Assembly (NCBI GenBank): GCA_002633005.1
Contig: NMRA01000036.1
Coordinates: 1,398,923 to 1,462,922, forward strand
Origin: Phoronis australis
Lineage: Eukaryota; Animalia; Phoronida
DNA length: 64,000 nucleotides
Direction: 5' to 3'
The notes under the pieces are model-generated. The model worked only from the letters and a program-made list of their open reading frames with translations. It ran no database searches and was not told where the DNA came from. This document shows, piece by piece, positions 49,201-62,525 of this stretch; the first letter of the stretch is position 1; each line of letters starts with the position of its first letter. The translations under genes and the position numbers were made by a program.

Positions 49201-52200
49201 TTTAGTACAGACAATTTACACTTATTAGCAAAAACATGAACTTCACAACATTTCTTTTCACTTACATCTCTTCATTTGCTTACATAACTTTTGAAAAATA
49301 TATGGACAGTTCTCAAGAGACAACTGGAATCTTAAAACTAATTCTAAGGCCTGGGGACACAATTAAAAAGCCAGGTACTTGTTTTCAATTTTTCAAATGT
49401 CACAACTTGAACGAAGTTTAACTTCTCTCAGCTTTCAAAATGTTGTCCCAGCTCTATCATTCTATCATCAGCGAATGATTTGTGCATCAAATATGCACCA
49501 GTGGAGACCTCATACACGGTTTCTCTATATCTAATATTTTCCTTTTTAAGATGTAATTTGAAAAATTGCTATGTATCTAACTTACAGCTTCTTGCCACAT
49601 TTGATTTTCTATATCTATACAATGCTGTCGAAATTCTTTTAAAAATCGAAGCTCATTACCCATGCCTTTTGAATACCACAAGATTCCATATCCATAGGGG
49701 TATATAATATATTTTCATTTCCAGAGCCTAACAGTCTCAGTTTTCTCTGCCATTTAAATAGTAATAATAGCAGTAGTTACTACGTGTTTTTATTGCTCTA
49801 ATTACTATTAGTAATATCAGAATTACCAGGTGTTATTATTATTGGTGTTATTATTATTGGTATTTTTATTATCTTTGTTATCACCATTTTCAAATTATGT
49901 GTGTGAATGTCTGTAAGAGTGAGTGAGTGAAATTTCTCAAATTTTGTTTATTTAAGACAGACTACAAGAACTGGCAAGGGCACTCCACACCACCTTCACC
50001 AATTCTGGTGATAACATTAATGAGAGTGAAAAAACTAACATTGCAAGTGACAAATGAACTACTAGCCTGTTGTGAAACTGATTGATGCTGATGAATCTAG
50101 ACTTTCATATGGATGAGATATGCAGTTCAACAGTAATATCTAATGGTGGTTGACCATCCCCATTTCATTTCAAAACCAGTACTATCTCCACAGTGGTATC
50201 CAGTTATGTAATCGAATTAGCTAGCTCAGGACAAGTCTGATAACATCAGTTAATACCCTGCATTGTTGGCTTTGCCAGGTCTACTAAAGAACTGCTTGAG
50301 AATAGACAGTCACTCACCAAGAGGAATAGTAAATTTAAGCAACTAATCATATATTCCTAAAAATGTTTATGCACACTGCTAGGTCATTGTTCATTTTTTC
50401 TTAGAACTTGGCCATTTAATTCTAATGCAATCACCTTAGAATTAAAGTATTTTAGGTGAATAATAACTTATTAGACTTTAAGTTCATTCTATGCTGGAGT
50501 TTTCATGGATATTTTTCGTCCCAGTATAAGCAACTGTAGTACTGTACCCAAACCAGTGAACAAGTTTGTCACAAAAGCACTGTATTCTCTAGATTCAATT
50601 CATGTGTTATATTTGAGGATTCTTTTGGCCTGAAATTTGTTGTTCTGTCTTTGATAAATATGTATTTTTTTCTTTTCTTTATTTGCACTTTTACTTTTTA
50701 CCATCTTTAAATCTCTGCTTTACACCATTGCTTTTCACCAGGTTCCTAATTTCTGGGTGTACAATCTCAAAATCTCTGAATCAAAGTTTAACTGTTATAA
50801 ACCAGTTGACACACTGGCTGGTTGACCTCCAAGCTGTATTGACCATTTATTGCTCTGTTTGCATCACATTACCATGCAGAGGACAACAGGAGATTGGCAA
50901 TTTAACTTCAGTGGCTAAGAAAGATTTCCCACACCTTGGCTAGAGTGATAGGTTCTCTATACAGTGAAGTAAAGATTCCTCAATTTATAACGCAATATGG
51001 TGGAACAGTAAAATTCTATTTCGTCAAAATTTTCAACAAAAGTAAAAAGGATGAAAACATTTACTTCGCTACTTGTTCAACTGGAAAAATGGCAACTTTG
51101 GCAATTGTTTTTATTCTAAATTGTGGAATCTGCTGATATAACAAGCAGAACCCAAAACTATGACAGCCGCATTTTTGCAGATCCAAACTTATTTAAACAA
51201 GAACAATATTTTACCATCCTTTAAGCTGTTGAATCACATGGTCATTCAAATGGTACTTTGCTATTTTTACATGTCGTGAACACATCCACTAAAACAAGAA
51301 ACTGTAGGAACACCTCATTTATCCACCTTCACTCTTATCAGGCTTCTATTGTGAGTCAGCATGCGTGAATAATTGGCTGATAAGTCACCTCNCTTTAACT
51401 TAAACGTTTTTCACATTCCCATCAATAGGGCAAAATCATCATGTGGTGAATCAAAGCTGTAGTTGTGAAATTTAGCATATTTTTGAGAAAGTGAATTTTC
51501 TGTTTGAGCTAAGATACCTGTAGCTTGAAAACTAATTCGGGAACCCTACTTTTTTGCTCATGTCATTGCACATTCACAGGACATTAAAGAAAAATTTTTT
51601 AGAAAATTAATTTTTTTTCGATTAAATTTTTGCATAGAAGCCAAAATGCTCAATTCTGAGGTACCGAAAAATCATGGAAAAATGTGCTCTAACACTGATG
51701 TATGAAAACCATTTAACCGGGAAATATTATTGAAGCAGATGCAATATAAAATTGACATCCTGCGGAACGGTTCTGCAAGTGTTCCATTTATTAGTTAATT
51801 ATTGTTACGGTACAAATTCTTATACATTTATGTTTCATACTTGTTGCACATTAACATTTGAATATTCCGTATCTTGTATTATCATTCTACCAAAAGCGGT
51901 AAAATGGCATAGACAAGATATCAATTTTCCCTTTGTCTGCTAGAGGTAGGTTTCTGCATCAAAAATCATTCAGCAAGTTCCTCACTCATTAATCATTGCT
52001 CATGATGACACATTGATATTTTCACGTGTTATTGAGAATAGAATATATTTCAACCTTAACATGCTATGAACATTCCCACTAAATCAGATTGGTCCTAACC
52101 CCAGTGGTTAAAGTAAACGGTGGGGTATGGAAAATTGAACTAGACCGTATTTATCCACCTTGGCTGAGTCGCACTCGGCTCACGATCAAAGGGATGCCGC

Positions 52201-53666
52201 CAAGCTGCTCTAGTCATCGAGTCACGAGCGAGGATAATTGGCTTCGCTCATGCGGATATGATCAGCTGATTACAATCTAGCTAGCAGACTGTACTTTTTA
52301 TGGAGAGAGTTTTACGTAGTTTTTACTGTAATATTTGAAAAGAGGAGCGAAAACAAATATGAGTACAACTTTGAATTTTTCAAATCGGCCCAGGATAAGA
52401 GATTTTGCAACACAGCAACACTCACGATTACTTTCATTCGGCGCGCACTAATACAAAAATATAGGACCCAAGTTATTTAGATTTTGGAACACATGCATTG
52501 CAATATTCAAAATACGTACGTTTATTATGAATCTTACAAGCTGTAAAACGACGTTGTTAATTTCATTGTGTTCATTCATTGTCATCCGTCAAATCGGCAA
52601 TTTCCGAGATGTGATCTGCGGCGTGCGCGTATGTGTACAAAACACGTGATTGTTACGTTCCTGAAGTACGAAAATTAAGAAGGCTTTAGCATGCCGTTAT
52701 TATTGACAGGGACACGATAAAACGAATTTGGATTTTGGCTATAGTCTTGATACAGCAAGCCGGCTGACCACTGCGTCAGTGTCTCCGTTAGACCCAGAAA
52801 TTTCACACAGCCCGGGTAGTTGACCTCGTCCCCAACATGTAGATCGAGCCTTGGACTATTAATACTCCACGGCAGAGCTAACGACAGTCGGCCTGTGCAC
52901 ACAAAATCTGTGAGCTAACCAGCACTCACCTTGCATGTTGCAGCCGTTTAAGTGAAAAACAATCTAGTAAATGCCATATTCTTGCATAATCCTCCGCCTT
53001 TTGTAACAAAAAAGTCTGTCGTCGATAACCCGCACACACACGCTCACTCTCATACGCAGACGAACTTCAAAACAAAAGTCACGTGACAACAACATGTGTG
53101 TTCATCCAGAAATTTTTCTCGTGTTGTGGGGTACGATGTAGCGCAGATTTGGACTTAATCGCAATTAATCTGGACTCCACATGAACTTTAACAAGAGCAA
53201 CGCGGAGCGTTGAAATGCGCTCACAATTGCACCGCATACGGTATCCTTCTAGGGTTGTTTATTGGTACCATGAAGTGGCCAGTAGAGGGCATACTTTGCA
53301 AAATGGAAAGGCATGGTCATTGTCTCCTCAATAGGCTAGGGGCAAAATGTGAGCAATCTTCATAATACAAGCACATCCTATACACCAGTTGCTTAAAGCA
53401 CCACAGAAACATAGAATTAAAAACAAATTTACCAACATACGAGATTAGCACAGCATTAGAATGCCAGAAACAAATTTCTACTTGGAACTTTTCCTTCACA
53501 GTCACGAAGTAACACAAAGTATACACATGAAGACCTATGAAAATACAGAGGTCAATGTAAAATACTAAAATTGCCACTAGAGGCAAATACTAAAATTGCC
53601 ACTAGAGGCATACCGGTAGTCAGAATCATCCTAAAGTCGTCATTGTCCGTTGTCAACATCACACCA

Positions 53667-55482
53667 CCCGGGTGAGAATTTTACACGTTTGACACGCTTT
53701 TGAGCGTGTCAAACGTGTCAGACGTGTAAAAAAACGTGTAATACGTGTCAAAATTGCCACGTTAACGTGTAAAACGTGTAAAAACATGACACGCTAGCGT
53801 GTCAAACGTGTAAAACTTGCCACGTTAGCGTGTCAAACGTGTAAAATTTGCCACGTTAGCGTGTCAAACGTGTAAAATTTGCCACGTTAGCGTGTCAAAC
53901 GTGTAAAATTTGCCACGTTAGCGTGTCAAACGTGTAAAATTTGCCACGTTAGCGTGTCAAACGTGTAAAATTTGCCACGCTAGCGTGTCAAACGTGTAAA
54001 ATTTGCCACGTTAGCGTGTCAAACGTGTAAAGTTTGCCACGTTAACGTGTCAAACGTGTAAAGTTTGACACGCTAGCATATCAAACGTGTAAAATGTGAC
54101 ACGCTACGGTGTCAAACGTGTAAAATTTTGACACGCTAGCGTGTCGAACGTGTAAAATTTTGACACGCTAGCGTGTCGAACGTGTAAAATATGATAGAAC
54201 TCTTCAATAAAGATACAATTTAAATAGGCTTGGCAGTTCTGAAAAGGCCACTGGGAGGTAATCACCCAATTTGAATGATTAAACATGTTCCCTCAATAAC
54301 ATCAAAGAGTTTGCAACAAAAGTTTTCACTGCCTATTGAAATATCCAAATACTGAGTTAGAGTTGGTTTAGCTGTCAGAGAGTGCAGTCCTCTCAGGAGA
54401 GCACTTATGAAGTATGGTTTTCGAGTGTGGTGCAGCTCTAACAGAAGTTTAGTATGTATATACTCTGGTTGACAGTGGCTTGATAAACTTTTCTTGCAAA
54501 TGGTCCTTCTTTTTACAGGTAAGTTTGATTGTAACAGAAAACAAGAGTCAGTAGAAACTGTTGACTACGCAGTTAATATATGAAGTTGGAACGCCTCTCA
54601 TCTTCAGTAGTATATCAATTCATAATATTGTTGTTATTGGATCAACTCACATTTTGTGTCAGCTTGAATGAGGATAAGACATTGTGTTTAGAGGTTTGGG
54701 CTGCAAAATCAACATGAACTCAATGTTATGACAAATGTTGAATCACTCTTGGTAATTCAAAGATGTTACAAAGTGCGTCTGTTCTTTACTTCATAAACTG
54801 TTTTCAAGCAACTGGCCTGACTCAAAAGCTTAGACTTATATGCATATATATAGCAGCTGAAGCACTTCAAATTTGTATGTTGAACCATTTTCTTATTAAT
54901 GTTATTCTAGATGAAATGAAATTTAGTGACAACAGTATGTGGTAAGAGTTGGATAGTTACATTATCCTTTTAATGATTCTATATCATTGTCACATTTTGG
55001 ATTATTTACATCAACACTAACAATAAACTGTGACTTAAAGAAGAAATCCCTTGATACATTTGCTTTCAGTATGGATTCCCATGGTGGATGGTGAACTGCT
55101 ATAAGCAAGAACATTATGGCTTGGACACGGCCTCAGGCTAAATCTAGGGTCGCTACCATGGCAATGACACAGATTACAGGCTAGCGTGTCAAAAGCGCCA
55201 CGTTTGACACACTAGCGTGTCAAAAGTGCCACGTTTTTGCCACGTTTTGGCACGCCACGTTCGACACGCTATCGCCACGTTTTACACGGTTATCGCCACG
55301 TTTGACACGCTAAGCGTGTCAAACGTGGAGTATTGGAACGAAAATTACACGTTCTTGACACGTTTGACACGCTACAATTTACACGTTTGACACGCCACGT
55401 TTTACACGTTCGACACGTTTTTAGAGCGTTCCAATACTCCACATTTTTAGAGCGTGTCAAACATGTCAAGTTCTCACCCGGG
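53667..55482. mobile_element. EnSpm/CMC-type non-autonomous element
   Basis: Termini CCCGGGTGAGAA / TTCTCACCCGGG with CA...CA 2-bp TSD; host repeat rejoins across it; subterminal repeat arrays in opposite orientation at the two ends. Confidence 0.8.
53680..54190. repeat. ~31-bp subterminal tandem repeat (GCGTGTCAAACGTGTAAAATTTGCCACGTTA)
   Basis: About 14 copies; related inverted units at 55180-55470. Confidence 0.95.
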
Positions 55483-56237
55483 CAATACACTTGCTAAATT
55501 TAGTAAAGATCCTGCAAACGGTTTGGGAGATACAGCCATGGGCGCAAAAAAACAAAACTGCCACTAGGAGGTACCACAGTAGTCCAAATCGTCTGAAAAT
55601 CATTGTCAGCTGTCTTCCTTATAGTAAGCACAAACACGCCAATTTTCACAATCATCCTTTGAGCGGTTTGGTTGATAGAGGGGTGGATGCAAAAATACAG
55701 ACTCGAAAACAGTAAAAATGGCCACTAGGTGGCGCAAACTACGTCGAATCCATCTGAAAACAGAAGGATAGTGTCATCTCACTAATAGGTGCCTACATAA
55801 CAAATTTCATGAAAATCCGTTCAGGACTTTTGAAGATACAAAGGTAAGCGTAAAAAACTATAATTGCCACTAGGGGGCACACCGGTAGTCGGATCCGACC
55901 AAAAGTCGTCATCTTCCGTTGTTAACATCACAGTAGTCGAAATCGTCGGAAAATCATCGTCAACCGTCCTCTACATAGTAAGCATATACATGCCAATTTT
56001 CACAATCATCCTTTGAGCGGTTTGGTTGATAGAACGGTGGACGCACAAAAACAGACTCGAAAACACTAAAAATGGCCACTAGGTGGCGCAAACTATGTCG
56101 AATCCATCTGAAAACGGGAGGATAGCGTCATCTCACTAATAGGTGCCTACATACCAAATTTCATGAAAATCCAATAAGGACTTGTGAAGATACAAAGGTA
56201 AGCGTAAAAAAATTAAAATTGCCACTAGGGGGCACAC

Positions 56238-56661
56238 CNNNNNNNNNNNNNNNNNNNNNNNNNNNNNNNNNNNNNNNNNNNNNNNNNNNNNNNNNNNNNN
56301 NNNNNNNNNNNNNNNNNNNNNNNNNNNNNNNNNNNNNNNNNNNNNNNNNNNNNNNNNNNNNNNNNNNNNNNNNNNNNNNNNNNNNNNNNNNNNNNNNNNN
56401 NNNNNNNNNNNNNNNNNNNNNNNNNNNNNNNNNNNNNNNNNNNNNNNNNNNNNNNNNNNNNNNNNNNNNNNNNNNNNNNNNNNNNNNNNNNNNNNNNNNN
56501 NNNNNNNNNNNNNNNNNNNNNNNNNNNNNNNNNNNNNNNNNNNNNNNNNNNNNNNNNNNNNNNNNNNNNNNNNNNNNNNNNNNNNNNNNNNNNNNNNNNN
56601 NNNNNNNNNNNNNNNNNNNNNNNNNNNNNNNNNNNNNNNNNNNNNNNNNNNNNNNNNNNNN
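56238..56661. other. Assembly gap (N run)
   Basis: Run of N; additional single Ns at 18241, 26998, 38795, 51392, 62083. Confidence 0.99.
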
Positions 56662-57422
56662 NGACGATCGCGATTCAGCGACGCATCAGTCGGCAAGTTT
56701 TCGCCCTGTGATGAGCACAATTTTTTGAAAAATTATTGTAATTTAACAACGGAAGTTGATAGCAATGCACCACAATTTTGTAGAAAGGCTGTCATAGGCT
56801 ACAACTACGTCACAGAGCGTAAATTTGATGAATCCTAGCTTCCGATTTTACCCCTTTGGGAAACCGGGTTTCAACTGCTGTAGGCTCACTACAATAAGCG
56901 TCCCCTCCCCGTGAAATGAATTTTTCTAAGCGTTTGTTTGAGCCAATACAGTATACAGCTTTCCACCAAGGCTAGGTGATGCATTGTTGCATTATAGTAA
57001 CTGGTCTTGGCTAATTATCATTTTATGGCCTGGTCATCCATTCAGCCAAAAGTAGTTCCAGTGTTGGCTTATCAGCCAATTATTCACGCATGCTAACTCA
57101 CAATAGAAGCCTGATAAGAGTGAAGGTGGATAAATGCAGTGTTCCTACAGTTTCTTGTTTTAGTGGATGTGTTCACCACATGATGTGTAAGAAGTTTAAA
57201 AAATTGTGAGCTCCACAAAACTATAGTTTGCGGAACGGTTCCGCATGAAGAAATGTTCCGCAACTGTCACTTTTATTAATTAATTATTGTTAGGGTAGAA
57301 ATTCTGTTTAATGCTTGTTGAACGTTAAGATTTGAATATTTCATGGCTTGTGTTAAGGTTCTGCCAAAAGCGGTAAAATGGCATAGACAAGATGTCAATT
57401 TTTCGCGAGTCTGCTTGCTGAG

Positions 57423-58913
57423 CATGTCGTGAACACATCCACTAAAACAAGAAACTGTAGGAACACCTCATTTATCCACCTTCACTCTTATCAGGCTTCT
57501 ATTGTGAGTCAGCATGCGTGAATAATTGGCTGATAAGCCACCTCTGGAACTACTTTGGGCTGAATGGATGACCAGGCCATAAAATGATAATTAGCCAAGA
57601 CCAGTTACTATAATGCAACAAAGAACAAGCAATAATGTCTTGCATCACCTAGCCTTGGTGGAAAGCTGTACACTGTATTGGCTCAAACAAACGCTTAGAA
57701 AAATTCATTTCACGGGGAGGGGACGCTTATTGTAGTGAGCCTACGGCAGTTGAAACCCGGTTTCCCAAACGGGTAAAATCGGAAGCTAGGATTCATCAAA
57801 TTTACGCTCTGTGACGTATTTGTAGCCTATGACAGCCTTTCTACAAAATTGTGGTGCATTGCTATCAACTTCCGTTGTTAAATTACGATAATTTTTCAAA
57901 AAATTGTGCTCATCACAGGGCGAAAACTTGCCGACTGATGCGTCGCTGAATCGCGATCGTCAATAGGAAAACTTGTACTCTTGAATAAAAATATAGTTTC
58001 GACTCAACAAATTACCTGAAATCTTCCTGATGTTTTACAATTTTTAAAGTTCCTGTGGAGTCCAGATTAATTGCGATTAAGTCCAAATGTGCGCTACATC
58101 GTACTCCACAACACGAGAAAAATCTCTGGATGAACACACATGTTGTTGTCACGTGACGTTTGTTTTGAAGGTCGTCTGCGTATGAGAGTGAGTGAGCGTG
58201 CGTGTGCGGGTCATCGACGATAGACTTTTTTGTTACAAAAGGCGGAGGATTATGCAAGAAAATGGCGTTTACTAGATTGTTTTTCACTTAAACGGCTGTA
58301 ACGTGCAAGGTGAGTGCGCTCGCAGAGTCACATCTCGGAAGTTTCCGGTTTGACGGATGACAAAGAACGATCTCAATGAAATTACACAAAGTCGTTTTAG
58401 AGCTTGTAATAGCTATACAAAACGTATTTTGAGTATTAAAATGCATTTTTTCCAAAACCTAAATAACACACGGAGTAGTTCTACATTTATACAATCCTAA
58501 CTTGGGTCCTATATTTTTGTATTCGTGCGCGCCGAATGAAAGTAATCGTGAGTGTTTCTGTGTTGCAAAATCTCTTATCCTGGGCCGATTTGAAAAATTC
58601 AAAGTTGTATTCGTATTTGTTTTCGCTCCTCTTTTCAAATAATACAGTAAAAACTACGTAAAATTCTCTCCATAAAAAGTACAGTTGTTAGGCTAGACTG
58701 TAATCAGCTGATCATATCCGCATGAGCGAAGTCAATTATCCTCGCTCGTGACTCGATGAATAGAGCAGCTTGGCGGCATCCCTTTGAGCATGAGCCGAGC
58801 GCGCCTCAGCCAAGGTGGATAAATACGGTCTAGCTCAATTTTCCGTACCCCGCCGTTTACCTTAAACACCGGGGTTAGAACCAATTTTATTTAGTGGGAA
58901 TGTTCATAGCATG
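57423..58913 (+). mobile_element. ~1.5-kb non-coding element with imperfect CATG-starting TIRs, superfamily unassigned
   Basis: Ends CATGTCGTGAACACATCCACTAAA / TTTAGTGGGAATGTTCATAGCATG; host repeat (GTCTGCTTG..AG|GGTAGGTTTCTGC) rejoins across it; third partial copy at 51269-51391. Confidence 0.8.
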
Positions 58914-59897
58914 GGTAGGTTTCTGCATCACAAACCATTCAGCAAGTTCCCCACTGATTAATCATTGCTCATGTTGACACATTGATATTTCCATATGCTA
59001 TTGAGAATAGAGTATATTTCAACTGAAATGTGCAAGAAAAATTTGTTAAAACTTGTGAGGATCACAAAAGTATTGTTTGCGGAACGGTTCCGCATGCGGA
59101 ATGGTTCCGCAACTGTCACATTGATCAAGTAATTATTATTAGGATTGTCACATTGATACTTTCAAGTGGTATTGATTATGGAATGCATTTTAACTTTATT
59201 GGTCATGAGAATTAAAAAAATAGTGTTCTCCAAAAAACTATTCTGTTTGGGAACCGTTCCGCATGTGGAACCATTCTGCAACCGTCACATTGATTAATAT
59301 ATTATGGAGAGTGGGCACATTATACTCTCAAGTACTATTGAGAATGGAATGTAATTCATGTTTATTGGGCCGGGAGAAAATTAAAAATTTTAGTCCTGTG
59401 CTAAACTTTTCTGTTTGTGGAACCCTTCTGGAACTTTCACATTGATTTTTAAAAATAAATTATTATTTTGATTCCACAAAATGTACATAATATTTCTCAA
59501 GTCATAGTATTCCACAAAACTTGCGCAGTGCGTAATATTCCGCAAAATCTGCGGAATATTCCGCATATTTGCGGAATATTCCGCAAGGCAAAAATTGAAC
59601 TTCTAATTAAGAAAATGCTAATTGAGGAAATAGAAATGTAACATTGTAAACATGTTTAGGGTAAGGTATAGATTTGTTACATACCATTTTTTATGGCCCT
59701 AAGTGGATATTAAAAAAGTGCGGAACCGTTCGGCACACTTTGAGACTAAAAAAGATAGTCTCATTTGAGAAAATATCGCCTTATTTACTAAATGATGAAA
59801 CACAAAACTGCATTAATTCTAAAAATCATGACATGTCATATTCCCATAATATTGCTTGATGTTCTCATGCCGTGACTCTTAAACACTTATAACTCAC

Positions 59898-60063
59898 CAT
59901 GCAAAGGAGAAAATGGGTCGTCACCAGCATTCAGACATAACAATGGTCTCTCAATCAGGTGGATTTTGTCATGGATTGAAGCATGCTCGTAATAGTGGTC
60001 AACAGATTTATACCCAAACATACGGGACGTGTAGTGTGTGTCAAATTCCCGAATACTCCTCGA
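59898..60063 (-). CDS. ABHD3: ABHD1/ABHD3-family alpha/beta hydrolase, penultimate coding exon
   Basis: TTGCAG|SRSIREFDTHYTSRMFGYKSVDHYYEHASIHDKIHLIERPLLCLNAGDDPFSPLH|GTGAGT; phase 1 matches the 42967 exon; catalytic Asp motif LNxxDDPF. Confidence 0.95.
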
Positions 60064-60393
60064 CTGCAATGAGAACAAGTCAGCAACGCAGAACATTGAT
60101 ATAATTATGTGCTCACTATGGGCATTGCAAATGTGGAAGACATACTGAGGGAGCTCACTTTTTCAAACATATCCACTGGCTAGCGTGAACTTAATATTGA
60201 GTCCAACGGCTACAAAATATTGGTAAACACAAATAGAAAATATTGAAATTGGCACAAAGAAATCTAAAATTATCACTATAGGGTGCACTGCAACAAACAA
60301 ACCAATCAACACTGATTATCTTATCAGAAACTCATTCAGTATTATGCTTCAAGAATTTGTTACACAGATACGGACACCAAAAGTCAGTATTAA

Positions 60394-62525
60394 AGGCGAA
60401 TGCCACCCGATTTAATTAGTCTTTTTTGCCGTCTTAATCGGTCTATAACCACTTCGCCTCGTATACGGTCGACCTTACCTTGCCAAGAGGTGTCGCGTTA
60501 ACCTGTGAGGAAGGTGAGAAACGACGCTAGCGACGTCAGTGGTTCATATGCAGAGTGAATGCCGCTATGTTGCGGTGCATCGTTCCCGCTTGTCCGGACT
60601 AAGTAGCTGCGAGGAAAGCGGGAATATCGTTTTTTTTTACTTCCTCGCGAGTCCGAAAAGCTTAGGAAGTGGCTCATGGTAGTGAAGAATGAAATGTACG
60701 CTGTAAATAGCAAGTATGAGGCCGTGAAACATCTCCGTGTCTGTGGCCTGCAGACGTCGACAGTGCCTGACGAATGCCGGCTTACCAAATACTTGAACTC
60801 CATACGTTCCGTTGTCCGAGCTTGTTCACGGCGCCTCTCCAGTATTTCTCCATCACCGTATTCCTGTTCGAATTGATAGCCTGTAAAACTCAACGATCCA
60901 CCTGCGAAGTCGTGACTGATGAGCTCTAGCTCGTCCTAAGTCGGGATTGCGAGTTGCCATGTTGGCGTTTATTACTGAGCGTTCTGTTTCAAAATGATTT
61001 ATTCTCACCCTAACCAATACTTATATAACACTGAAACAAAGTCTGTCTCATTAGATGCAGTTTGTAAGGCCTTTGGAGTGTTCGTGAGTGCACTGAGAAG
61101 CCAGCAATGAATAAATCACTGCGTTACCGGCTTTAGGTGCCATGACGGCGACATCCCGTTGTTCCCAACTTGTTCGATTCTACAGCCCAACAACAAGTTG
61201 GGAAATTTACCCTCGTAGCCAATATCTTACACGACTGGTTAACTCCATTCTGGCATTTATGGTTGGAGTGCCTGCTCTCTTTTGTTCGATAATTGCTCTA
61301 ATCTCCGATCAGATGCTATCTAGCCTGATTGGGTTGGGCTGATAAAAATGAAAGTTAAGTTATAACATATTTGAGCTTTAACCAATAGCATTTCTGAACT
61401 CCTCGTCGAATGCTGATCATGTTCCTTTTTTGAATCACCAAAATCGCCCAACTACAACAAAAGTTAAGACAATCTATTCTGTCCAAACGGATTACCAACA
61501 TCACTTTGGGTTTCACTATGTTTATACGCGTTCGGTAATAGCGTGCAACCAACATACGTTTCCTTTGAAGCCTGGGAGATAATTGGCCTGCTTGTTATCA
61601 TACTGGACAAAAGACTGAGCTGGGCAGTTAACAAAAGAGATAGATGTTATCGCACGTTCAGCCCCCCTCACGTCTGGAAAAGTTACTGAACGACAGAACG
61701 CTGTAATGCAATAAAACTAATTGACGGGACACCTAGGCCGTGTGAGCTCATGCTAATTTAGTGTTAGCTGGCAGAAACTGTTGTGAAACAACTCGATTTC
61801 CATCCCACGGGCAGGTGTTAGGGGAATCTGTATTTACATTTACATTACTCAAATAATGATTGTCAATGTACAACTTCCGCCTTGACGGTGCTGTGGCCAA
61901 AGCGGAACCTGAATTCGCGGCCCCCGACGAGTAAGTAGATTTGCAGTTTCGTAGGTAATGAATGATTCACCAACATAATCAGGTGCATATTACTTTGGCT
62001 CACTAGTATAGTATTTTGTTGACTGGAAGTTTAGTTTCCACTGAACTTTGGCTGGTTTATGTTCGTGATGTCTGATAAGTTTNAACACAGATCTAGGTTC
62101 TCCTGTCTGTATCTCACGGAAAATACTTCGAAATTATCTCCGAACAGACCCCAAACTCCTGCTACGGACCTTCTTAGCCTGCCGAACTTTGTAGGCTACG
62201 GTGTGTCCAAATACCAATAAATCCGTAAAGAGCGAAATAAAACAACACGTTTTTATAAGAACTCGGTGTATTTTTAAGGGTTTTACATCGAAGTTTGACG
62301 ATTTATTGGTGTTAAACGATGAATTCAAGCGATAAGCTGACACCAGTAACCCGTGTTGTGAACTGCTGAACAGACTGCGTGTGAAACCGATGACGTCATT
62401 GGATAATTTCAACACCTCCGTCTGCCGTCAGGTGTCAGGTAACGCAACCGTACGTGTCATTATGGAGTAGAACTACTCGATCTAAATTGATACAAATTAG
62501 GTTGTTTTTTGGGTGGCATGCTCCT
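60394..62525. mobile_element. Kolobok-type non-autonomous element
   Basis: TTAA|AGGCGAATGCCACCC ... GGGTGGCATGCTCCT|TTAA; minus-strand relic SFTGYQFEQEYGDGEILERRREQ (KolX-like N-terminus). Confidence 0.85.

Larger units (their letters stand above)
53190..56237 (+). mobile_element. Family B Helentron/pearl-like element (5' end intact, runs into gap)
   Basis: Starts AACAAGAGCAACGCGGAGCGTTGAAATGCGCTCACA (ATGCGCTCACA is complementary to the 3' hairpin arm at 38035-38045); inserted at CTTT|AAAA of the host element; internal units nearly identical to 36930-37850. Confidence 0.75.
52060..57182 (-). mobile_element. CATG-terminal element, inverted copy interrupted by nested insertions and the gap
   Basis: 52060-53189 and 56663-57182 are reverse complements of 58913-~58040 and ~57961-57423. 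Confidence 0.8.

Noticed and set aside
56136-56728. Long ORFs in the track
   Set aside because: They are open only because they span the N gap.
48077-59874. One giant element with CACGG...CCGTG termini enclosing the inverted GCGGAACCGTTCCGC arms
   Set aside because: Left terminus match needs a 6-nt gap and no TSD is present; independent inverted copies explain it equally well.
60159-60179. Possible 21-nt ABHD3 micro-exon (PVDMFEK) on the minus strand
   Set aside because: AG/GT boundaries exist but the pyrimidine tract is weak and similarity to the expected upstream exon is too slight; upstream exons probably lie beyond the window.
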